Assembly (NCBI GenBank): GCA_002633005.1
Contig: NMRA01000420.1
Coordinates: 1 to 64,000 of the forward strand
Reading direction: 5' to 3'
From: Phoronis australis
Taxonomy: Eukaryota; Animalia; Phoronida
DNA length: 64,000 nt
Part shown: positions 28,801 through 40,800 of the stretch, one piece after another
Layout: each line of letters opens with the position of its first letter
Numbering within the stretch: the stretch's first letter is position 1
Made by a program: the position numbers and the translations under genes
Notes under the pieces: model-generated
Told to the model about the DNA's origin: nothing
Databases searched by the model: none
What the model saw: the letters and a program-made list of their open reading frames with translations, nothing else

Positions 28801-31800
28801 AATTTTTGGAACCAAAATTCTAAAAACTTTTAATGAGGTGAAACCAGTTCTGATAATTTGTGACGTGTACGCAACCTCGTGAAAGAACAACAGTTGATTG
28901 AAGAATCGGCGAAAAAAGAAACTGGCCAATAGGTGACGCAAAATTTCATGGCGCCGAAAGCGGTCGCTAAAGATCGCTCCACAACTTTAGCAGCAGAATA
29001 ACAGTAGAATGCCATTTTTGCCAACACCGTTAAATAATTTAAATTACTCAAGGAAGACTGTACTTTTTAATGACGCTAATTTTGTGTCAGATTTTATCTT
29101 ACCACTTTTTTACCCGCATCGGTGCAAAGCTGTATATTTATATACAGCTTTGTACCAAGGCTAAGCCAAGGTATGTAAGTTTGTTTAGATTGTTATAGCA
29201 AACTACAACAGCATTTATTTACGTACTAAAAAATGAATACAGCCAAGATAAACAATTACAGTCTGGACATGCATTAGTATGAGGTATTACAAGTGAAATT
29301 ATTTGGGCAAATTGGTGAATTTACTGAAACTGTTCTGATATCACATTAGACAGAAATACAAATTTTCTTAGGTTTCCCAGACCCCAGTTTGCTTTATATC
29401 AAATTTATAAACATGAAAACAGTACCTGTACCACTTTTACTAAATTATTTCAAAGGTACCAAAATAAGCACAACACAAACAAGGGGCAGATTGTTGTCAT
29501 TTATGAAAAGTCAGTCATGCTGTTTGGACAAGAAAAACAAGAACCAAACAATAACAGGCAAGTTTGATATTGACAGATACAAATGTGCAGGAATTTTTCA
29601 CGCTTAATTTTATATGGGAAGACAGGAATCAGTGGTATAATTATGAATGAGAACAAGAGTTAACAATGTTTAAAAGGTACATTAGTCACTTTTGTGTTTC
29701 TATCTTTTAAAAAGGCATTCTGTGGATAAGTCACTTAGATTTCATTGCCATGCATTTGCATCTCAAAAGCTTCACAAGAGAGACAGTTGGTAATCCATCA
29801 AAAAGGCAAATGCAGGTTATCACCCACTATAATTATATACCTGGCTGTTAATGTTTTGACTGAAAATTCTTCAAGTACTTAATAAACAATCTTTAATTTT
29901 ATGTACGGTAAACGCTCTACAACTTAGGGTTCAACATGGCAGAGAGGTGAAATTTCACATCACCAATTTTTTCAACATAACCAGAGTATGACCACATAAG
30001 TATTATGTAAAATATTTCATTTTTATCAATTTAACAATGTAATCAGCCAGAAACTTGAAAAAATGCAATTGTGACAATAACTTTTGTATGAAATTGAAAT
30101 GAGATGCGTTTCATTGTTGGAAAACAATTGTAGTAATCCTGGAGAGGACGAACGATGTCACAGTCAGAGAGGAGTGATATAGTGTGCCAAAGAGAAGTGA
30201 GGCAGCAGGACTCCATCTAGGACTGTCACCACAAAAGGTTACGCATGAACGAGCAAAAAGAAAAATACTTATCATTTGAAGAAATTTTGAACGAAACTAG
30301 TGTTTCTGTTTCTGTGGTGACGTCAGAAGGTAGGCACCGGGATAGTCTCTGGCTCTCCTCCTTCCAGTAGAACAAGAGAGAGGGACTATGGAAGACTGTG
30401 ATGAGAATAGATTATGCATGGATGAGCAGCTGGAACAATATTCATTGTTCAGTGAAGCATTGAATCAACAGACAAATGTTTTAGAGCAACGGAGAGTTGA
30501 TACAGAGGAGACAGGAGCGAGTCAAGTGGGGACAGAGAATCAGGTGCAGTGTGAGGATACTCAGGTGAAGCAGGTGTATGATGGGAGATCTCTGTCAGAG
30601 GGGGGTCAGATTGTGTGCCAAGTGGAGGACAGTGATGACTATAGATCTGCAAGTGATTTATCAGTGTATGAAGGCATGTCTATGTCAGAGGGGGGTCAGA
30701 TTGTGTGCCAAGTGGAAGACAGTGATGACAATAGATGTGCTAGAGATTGATCAGCGTATGAAGGCATGTCTCTGTCATAGGAGGGTCATATTGTGTGCCA
30801 AGTGGAGGTCAGTGATGACTATAGTTCTGCAAGTTAGCTATCAGTGTATGAAGGCATGTCTCTGTCAGAGGGGGGACAGACTGCACCAAGTAGAGGACAG
30901 AGAAGACTATAGATCTGCAAGTGATTAATCACTGTATGAAGGCATGTCTCTGGCAGAGGGGGGGGAGTTACAATGTGTGCCAAATGCAGGACAGTGAAGA
31001 CTATAGTTCTGCCAGAGATCTATCATTATTCGGCATTTGCAAAATTTTCACAGTCCTGTAACCTGTGCGATAGTGATGGTAGTTGAAGTCAAGACAACAT
31101 CACCTTTATTACACAATGTAGTTAGTAAATTAGTGCTCATTTTGTCATTTATTTCCTTTCAACGCTCATCTTAAATGAACATCAGAAACACAGTTAAGGT
31201 CTGCTATTTCATGTGTGAATCTGAACTGTTCACTTCAGACATACTGTTTAACAGACTTCTCTGTTTCACTTTGATTACATAAAGATCTTATAAAAGTCCA
31301 GCTTCACCTACAGACTGAATTGGTATAAGTATACAAATATACTAGGCACAGTAATCACCCAAACAGAGGTAGGTTTTTTGCGTGAGCCATTTTTAGAATA
31401 TTCTAACAGAACACTGGTAACATAGCTACATGAAGGCAACAAAAAATTAAAAATGAAACAAGTTACAATCCAACTGCTTAAAATCTTTGTCATCAATATA
31501 CACCAACACTAGGTGACTCTGAATGTTTGTTAAACTCGTGTCATCACGTATTCCCACTACTTCAGTCTTAACATGAATATGACTGGAGTGTTCAGTCATT
31601 TTTCAGTCATGACTGAACAGACGCTGTAAATGTGACTGAAAGGTGACTGAATCGTGACTGAATGTTGACTGGTCTAGGGTAAAGGTCACCACTAAAACCT
31701 CTTTGTACAACTTTTGAGTATAGTTCCAAGAATATAAAATTAAAAATTACAATCATGGAAGTTGTCCAGAACCTAAAAAACTAACTTCTACCAGACATCG

Positions 31801-34800
31801 CATCCGAGGAGACACAGGGGTGGATGGGAGGTCTTGGTAATGGATTGGTTGACGGTAGGGAACATTACAATTATTTTGTGCAGTTAATTGTGGTGTTGGT
31901 CTGAATAGTGCATGATCTCTGGTGGTCATCCAGTAAATAGGTTGAAACATTGTGAACAAGCAGGCACAACGCATATTTGAGCCCAATCCATCTTGTATAG
32001 AATCAGTGGAGAGTAATAAAACTAAGGAAAGTACAGGGTCCAGTTGCATAAAACTTAGTCCCAAACTCAAAAACAACACCATACTATTCTGCATCAAACT
32101 GCCATTGGTTAGCAATGCTCCTCCTGATGCCATCCAACACACAAACAAATATTTTCAGTGAATAATCTTGCATATGCAACCCAACCTAAGAATACAGTAT
32201 TCAGACACTAATAATTCAAATAAAAATTAATATGAAGAGCAAAGACCCAGAAATCGCTTTTGGATGATATCCAGGACCTCATTCATCCCCTTATGTACAT
32301 TCACTAGTAAGACTGGGCTCAGAGCAGTATGAGACACTCGTGCAATGCTATATTATCTGCCAGTAAAGCCAGGATTTGAACCCGGGTCTCCCAAATGGGA
32401 GTCCACAGCTCAAACCACTGTGCCACAGTCTCCTCAAAAGATGACGTATCCATGGCCGTTATTTGACACAGGCATTACTACATACCTTGCAGATGTAATG
32501 AATCCTTTGATTGGACGGTTTGGTCAGTTTGTCGTTCATATCAAAAGCCTGTCCCTGCTGTGGCCCAGGCAGTTGAGGTACAAACCCACCCACAGATGGG
32601 TGGATCATACGTAAAGCCTTTTGGAAACTCTCTTCAAATGTCCGACCAATAGCCATCACCTAAACAAATAACAAAACAATTCACCCAAAATCATATTAAT
32701 TGAAAATCACCACATACCCAGGAGAGGAGGTTCCCAATTCTGGAAAGCTGGGAGCAATTTGTGAACTAAAACTTGACAGATGTTAGAGCTTGAAACAAAA
32801 ATTAAATTTCATTTTCAAATTCTTCAAGTTGTAAATAAAAAACTCGCATAAAACTTCTTTTTGCTATTTGCTGCACAGAAAACATCAGTATCGAAAACTG
32901 ATCTTTATTCTGGGTGATCAATAAAGACGCATTTCCATCACCTACTGATTAGCGGCATTTTTTGCAAAATACGTGGACGACAACAAAAGTATCCCATAAC
33001 GCAGTAAGTAGCAAACTACAACTAGAGAAACCAGGTGGCAGCACCATACGGAGTGCCCAATACTCTACATTGATCTACACTCACTACGTACCTCGCCAAC
33101 ACTTTTCATGGAACTTCCAATGTCCTTGTTGACCTGTTCAAACCGATCGAGGTCCCAACGGGGAACTTTAGTGACAATGTAGTCCAAGCTGGGTTCAAAG
33201 CAGGCCGTTGTTTTCAGAGTTGTGACGTTAGGCAACTCAGGGAGAGTGATTCCAAGAGCAAGCTTAGCAGCAACGAAGGCCAATGGGTAGCTGTAACAAA
33301 AACAACTGATGTCACTTATGCCCTAATTATTCACTTATTTAGCATAAAATGTGGCCGACAGGTGAAATTCTATCTTCTCCTCAAAAACTAAAGATTATGC
33401 GCATTTTAGTCTATTACAAGCATAGAGTGCAGTGTGTAGATGTTATGAAACAATATTTGCCAAAACCTCCATTATTTGGAAACAGGTAATTAGCCGTTTG
33501 AAAACTGGAAAATGACCATTTGGGGAATTGTGAGTGAGCAAAATAAGCGGATAATTACCGCGTGACATCAGGAAAATGCAAACAGAGCATAAATGATGAC
33601 GTATTCACTAAACAAAACATTCAACACAACCAAGCAGCGACGCGGATAAATATGATAGAAACAATTCAAAAATATTAGAACTGTGTTAGTTCTTTGAACT
33701 CAATTGTATTTATCTTTCCTTTTTCCCCTCCCCTCTTTATAATAATCTCAATGTTAGGTGTCCGCCCAATCCTTAAGTGTTATTTTCAAAATATTTATTA
33801 GTTCTGTACTACACACTGTTATTTAATGTTGTAAAGATATGAAGCTAGGTGGAGCCACTCAATCACAGTGACATTCATTAACAATACGATCTATGGCTAA
33901 ATAAGTGAATTAAATGAGAAAAAAATCATAGAGCCAAATGACGAAGAGATAAGATGTCACAAGTTATGACGTTGCCAAGAAAATAAACCATGTTTGAAAC
34001 TGGAAAAGTTGCTTCTGCTGAGGTGATATAAAAATAGTATAACTATTAAACTGGAGACAGCTACTGACAGTAAAGATGAGTCAGCTACTGACAATAAAGA
34101 TGAGTCAGCTACTGACAATAAAGATGAGTCAGCTACTGACAATAAAGATGAGTCAGCTACTGACAATAAAGATGAGTCAGCTACTGACAATAAAGATGAG
34201 TCANATCCTTTGATTGGACGGTTTGGTCAGTTTGTCGTTCATATCAAAAGCCTGTCCCTGCTGTGGCCCAGGCAGTTGAGGTACAAACCCACCCACAGAT
34301 GGGTGGATCATACGTAAAGCCTTTTGGAAACTCTCTTCAAATGTCCGACCAATAGCCATCACCTAAAAAAATAACAAAACAATTCACCCAAGTCATATTA
34401 ATTGAAAATCACCGCATACCCAGAAAAGGAGGTTCCCAATTCTGGAAAGCTGGGAGCAATTTGTGAACTAAAACTTGACAGATGTTAGAGCCTGAAACAA
34501 AAATTAAATTTCATTTTCAAATTCTTCAAGTTGTAAATAAAAAAATTGCACAAAACTTCTTTTTGTTATTTGCTGCACAGAAAACATCAGTACCAAAAAC
34601 TGATCTGGGTGATCAATAAAGACGCGTTTCCATCACCTACTGATTAGCGGCATTTTTTTGCAAAATACGTGGACGACTACAAAAGTATCCCATAACGCAG
34701 TAAGTAGCAAACTACAACTAGAGAAACCAGGTGGCAGCACCATACGGAGTGCCCAATACTCTACATTGATCTACACTCAATACGTACCTCGCCAACACTT

Positions 34801-37800
34801 TTCATGGAACTTCCAATGTCCTTGTTGACCTGTTCAAACCGATCGAGGTCCCAACGGGGAACTTTAGTGACAATGTAGTCCAGGCTGGGTTCAAAGCAGG
34901 CCGTTGTTTTCAGAGTTGTGACGTTAGGCAACTCAGGGAGAGTGATTCCAAGAGCAAGCTTAGCAGCAACGAAGGCCAATGGGTAGCTGTAACACAAACA
35001 ACTGATGTCACTTATGCCCTAATTATTCACTTATTTAGCATAAAATGTGGCCGACAGGTGAAATTCTATCTTCTCCTCAAAAACTAAAGATCATGCGCAT
35101 TTTAGTCTATTACAAGCATAGAGAGCAGTGTGTAGATGTTACGAAACAATATTTGCCAAAACCTCCATTATTTGGAAACAGGTAATTAGCCATTTGAAAA
35201 CTGGAAAATGACCATTTGGGGAATTGTGAGTGAGCAAAATAAGCGGATAATTACCGCGTAACATCAGGAAAATGCAAACAGAGCATAAATGATGATGTAT
35301 TCACTAAACAAAACATTCAACACAACCAAGCAGCGATGCGGATAAATATGATAGAAACAATTCAAAAATATTAGAACTGTGTTAGTTCTTTGAACTCAAT
35401 TGTATTTATCTTTCCTTTTTCCCCTCCCCTCTTTGTAATAATCTCAATGTTAGGTATCTGCCCAATCCTTACGTGTTATTTTCAAAATATTTATTTGTTC
35501 TGTACTACACACTGTTATTTAATGTTGTAAGGATATGAAGCTAGGTGGAGCCACTCAATCACAGTGACATTCATAAACAATACGATCTATGGCTAAATAA
35601 GTGAATTAAATGAGAAAAAAAATCATAGAGCCAAATGACGAAGAGATAAGATGTCACAAGTTATGACGTTGCCAAGAAAATAAACCATGTTTGAAACTGG
35701 ACACAAGTTGCTTTTGCTGAGGGGATATAAAAATAGTATATCTATTAAACTGGAGACAGCTACTGACAATAAAGATTAGTCACCATGACAGTATAACATA
35801 CCCTGTGGCCTTGGAGGCGAGAGCTGAGCTACGGGATAGACGAGCGTTAATCTCTATTATGCAGTACTCCAGTGACTTTGGATGAAGGGCATACTGTATG
35901 TTACACTCTCCGACAATACCGAAGTGACGGACGACTTTGATGGCCGTCTCCCGAAGCATGTGATACTCAAAGTTAGTCAGAGTCTGACTCGGAGCGACCA
36001 CAATGGAGTCACCTACAATGTATCGTGGGATATTAACACAGGCTCGACAAAAAAACAAGTCTGCACCGTGAGCAGAAGGTCCTGGGTTTCGAGTCCTGGT
36101 CGTGACCAGAAATCTTTTCGGACTTTTATTCATTACGTCACGTGATGTGACCAAAAAGATGGCAGATTGAACGTGATAAACTGCTTGCAAGTAGATCAAT
36201 GTCAATGTGTGAAGGAGCAATAAAGAAATACAGTCTTCATGACACAAAAACGTACAGCATAACAAAAGATGTGGCAAACATTTCTAAGTCTGGTCAGCAC
36301 GCCACCTGTGGCCACATCACATGACCTAATGAACATAAAGTCTGAAAAGAATTCTGTCCCAACCAGGACTCGAACCCGGACCTTCTGCTAACCTTGACAC
36401 ACTTTTTCCTGGATACCACTTTGTGTTTCTATGGGTAGTACATACAAAACTGTGTTCAGACACAACTTGGACAACTTCCCAAATAGGAGACACGTTGATG
36501 CTGTGATACTTCTTGGTACCATGTCAGCCCTGTGCTGTGAATCATATGAATGGCTATAATACATGATTACTGCACATGGCTCCAGCATGCGATTACAGTA
36601 TACACTTACAGCATGTGACTCCAGCATGCGCCTATAGTACACACCTCCAGCCTGCACCTATAGTACACACCTCCAGCATGCGCCTATAGTACACACCTCC
36701 AGCATGCGCCTGCAGTACACACCTACAGCACACGCCTCCAGTACACACCAAAGGATAAGTCAGACAAAATACCACTGTGATGATGGGTCATCAGCCATCT
36801 TAACTGGATACATTTACTACCCTAGTGATGAATTCGGCTCAGCCGTCGTGACGTGGAATTCCAGGGCATCGTGTCTGATTACTTTGGCGTGTACTACAAT
36901 GTCTTCCGCGACTCTCACCTGTGTGAACACCCAGGGGGTCAAAGTTCTCCATATTACACACGGTGATACAATTGTCGTTGGCGTCTCTTACAACTTCGTA
37001 TTCAACTTCCTTCCATCCAAGCAGCGATTTCTCGACCAAAATTTGATTTGTTTGCGCAAATGCCTGGAAAACATGAAGATCTCTTACAGAATTTTACGCT
37101 GCTACAATGAGGTACATAGAAGCAAGAGCAACATAATAGGTGCACGACTGCACCACAAACAGTATGCTTCTAGGGGTATTTATCAGTAACATGATATGGC
37201 AGATGCAGAGCAGGTTATACAGAATATGCGGAATCTTATCTGGAAATAGGACGGTATTGTTGCCTCTTTAATAAAAAAATGTTTACTGAATTTCATAAAA
37301 ACCCATCGATAAGGCACAGAGACAAAATTAAATGTAAACAAATTGCTGCTAGAGGGCACAGCGTAGTCAGATCCGTTCGGAAAACAACGCTATTTATAGG
37401 CACAATCACAGGAATGAATTTGTGAAATTTTACAAACCTTAAAATGACTAAAAGGTTTAATAGCTACACCTGCCGATGCAAACAATTGGCACTGCAGGAC
37501 ATCATAGAAGTCAGACCTGTCAGAAATTCAACACTGACTACAGACTACTCAGTAGTAAGACATCTGCCAGTTTTCATAATGACCCAGATAGAGAGGCAGA
37601 CGACAAAATAATTAAAATGGCTAGAGACGGCATCATTGCTTCCTAAACCTATTTGCCATGAAACTTCTTAAAATCTGCCACAGAACTCTGAAAATACAAA
37701 GGAAGATGCAAAAACTAAAGTTTTTACTAGGGGACACAGCAGTAGTCTGATCCGTCAGAAAGTCGTCATTGCTTAGCACATTCACGGAAAGACATCTGCC

Positions 37801-40800
37801 CTACTTCCACGAGGATCCTGCAAAGGGTGTAGGAGATGCAACAGCGAAAGCCAGATGCTGAGACAAAGAATACAGAAATATGCGCCCCATATGTATACTT
37901 GGGAGCACAAACACACAATGCATTGGATACGGTCTAGCACTTAACCTGAAAATAACAGACAGACTGCTCTTCAATCAATGCGTTGTTTACACCTCATAAA
38001 ATAAACATGAAAAATTTTCAAAAAAGCCTATGTTTTGTTCAGCTCCCTGGGACACGGCAAAATGATCAAAACCATAAAGCCAAACAAGGATATGCTTGTA
38101 ATAAGAGAGGTTACAGCACCGTTATGAAACCTGCCATCCATAAATGATTTCATTTACCAGACAGTGTTGTCGTTCATTACAGAATGCCTAGTCCCAATGG
38201 AGACACATCCACCATTTACCAAACATGTCAGACTTACCCGCGAAGCCTTATCTCGCAGTTCCATCTCGTCATTGCAGATTCCAGAGCCTAACCCTCCCAG
38301 AGCATAAGCTGAACGGATCATTACTGGATAGTTGATAGCCTCAGCTGCTTTCACTGCATCGTCGACCTTCAACACCAAGAGACATGTGACTTCCCAAACC
38401 CAAAAAGGCATGTACTGTCAGATTTGGGAAGGGGGCAAATGTGCACAAAGACATAAACATAATTTGGTGCTGTTTTCTTTTTCGTTTTTTGGTTATGTCC
38501 AGACCCCTGGACCCCCCGAATCTGCTTCTAAAGACACAAATTCAAAAATTCAAATGTTTCAAAAACATGAATTAAGCGAAAATCACGAATGACTAAAACG
38601 TTTCGCAAAGTTGTAAATCATTAAATTTATGAAGATTTCACACCCTAACATAAGAAACCCAGAGAATTTTTATGCCACTTAAAAATGAGCAAATGATGGA
38701 TTGCAAACAAGAAAAATATACGATTAGGAGTAAATATCAAGGGCTTATCAGTACGACAAATTTTGATGATCAGAATTTCTGGATACTTTTGAATCACTGA
38801 TTATAAAAATCAGCTCCATTCTCAGCACTATTGCCATCATTAGCAAATAAATGGAGCAAAACTTTCAATTCAAATGCGAAACTTTTCATGATGTATACTA
38901 TTTACAAGAAAAATATTCATCTCGAATCAAGAATGGTGCAGACATCACCTATTCTGACAAGTTTCACCCTTCCTAAAGTTGAAACCTGTCTTAACTGTAA
39001 AAAGTTCAGTAAGCTGTGGGTTTGGTACACACGGCCACATCACGTACTGTCCTGATAAAAATGATTCCAAATTTCTGCTTAATATTCCTCAAGCACTAAG
39101 GTATATACATTATGAAGATGTAGTTAATTACATTTTCCACAGCCAAACTGTCAGCCAGCTTTTCGTTGATTTCTTTCAACTTGTCTGCGAATATTTGCCT
39201 GTCTTCCGTCGCCATTACACTTTCAATTGAGGTTCCCAAGACAGCCACATTGTGTTCTCTGAACACCCCTCTCTTGTACAGCTCAACACCTAGGAGATTA
39301 CGGCAACAAGCGTCAAAGCACTTCACAGCAACCAGCAGCTCAATTCGTCCATAATGGAGTCCGGACTTCTATTCTTTATACAACACAAACTAAAAAGTTA
39401 CACAATAAATGCTTTAACACGACATGTCAGTGATGTTGTAATACAGAGGATTTCTAATGATTTCAAACAGACACAAACCAATTCTATTGTTCACCAAGAG
39501 ATGGAAGCACTGGGGGTGCTAGTGATTACTGATGTGGAAACAACGCATATAGTCGTTCTGCTTAAACTATGTTGGCAGAACATAAAAAGCTAGTTGCAGC
39601 ACCACTTAACACCATGGCCAAACCAAAAACCCATGACTTCATGACATGACCAAAAAAATTAACTCTTTGGCTGCAGGCATAACACTGCGAGTCCCCGCAT
39701 TTCCTGACTGATGCCGTAGGGCTCCCAGTGTTTTCCGCCATTTTTGTCCTGTGTAGCACTCTCCAATAGGGCGTCATATTGACAACGCGAGCTGCATGTA
39801 TCTGAGTGGCGCGCGCCCGGCCTATGTGATGTCTATGCATAGACCTTTTCTCAAGTGAAGAGCGTAACATATCAGTGAAAAGTACACCTTATTCAGTAAA
39901 AAGTACGCCTTATTCAGTAAAAAGTACGCCTTATTCAGTGAAAAGTACACCTGATTCAGTAAAAAGTACGCCTTATTCAGTAAAAAGTACGCCTTATTCA
40001 GTGAAAAGTACGCCTGATTCAGTAAAAAGTACGCCTTATTCAGTGAAAAGTACACCTGATTCAGTAAAAAGTATGCCTTATTCAGTAAAAAGTACGCCTT
40101 ATTCAGTGAAAAGTACGCCTTATTCAGTGAAAAGTACGCCTTATTCAGACCTGCAGGAAAGAGAAACATCTGCAGTGCACCAGACATACATAGGCCACAT
40201 GGCTGGACAGCCAGATATACATAGGCCACATACCTGGACAGGCAGATATACATAGGCCACGTGGCTGGACTGCCAGACATAAATAGGCCACATGGCTGGA
40301 CTGCCAGACATACATAGGCCATGTGGCTGGACTGCCAGATATACATAAGCCACATGGCTGGACCACTACACATACATAGGTCACATGCCTGGACCGCCAG
40401 CCATACATAGGTCACATAACTGGACCGCCAGACATATATAAGACACATGCCTGGACCGCCAGACATACATAGGTCACATGCCTGGACCGCCAGCCATACA
40501 TAGGCCACATGCCTGGACCGCTAGACATACATAGGCCACATGCCTGGACCGCCAGACATACATAGGTCACATGCCTGGACCGCCAGCCATACATAGGCCA
40601 CATGCCTGGACCGCTAGACATACATAGGCCACATGCCTGGACCGCCAGNTGGAGTCCATAGATTATTCAACCTATTTAAACTCTGCCCCTAGTCAAAGAC
40701 GTCAATTGCCCACCCGCACAGAACAGTGGTGCCTCGCCAGTTTCACACATCAACATACACATCACACCTGGCTGCATGCTGTAATAGTAGTCAGTATTTT

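Noticed and set aside
33957-34190. ORF (SVADSSLL)n
   Set aside because: Translation of the 24-bp minisatellite.
39822-40621. Long ORFs (228 aa and 126 aa VKSTPYS repeats) and a CRISPR-like look
   Set aside because: These are products of 21- and 31-bp minisatellites; there are no spacers or cas genes, and the context is a eukaryotic intron.
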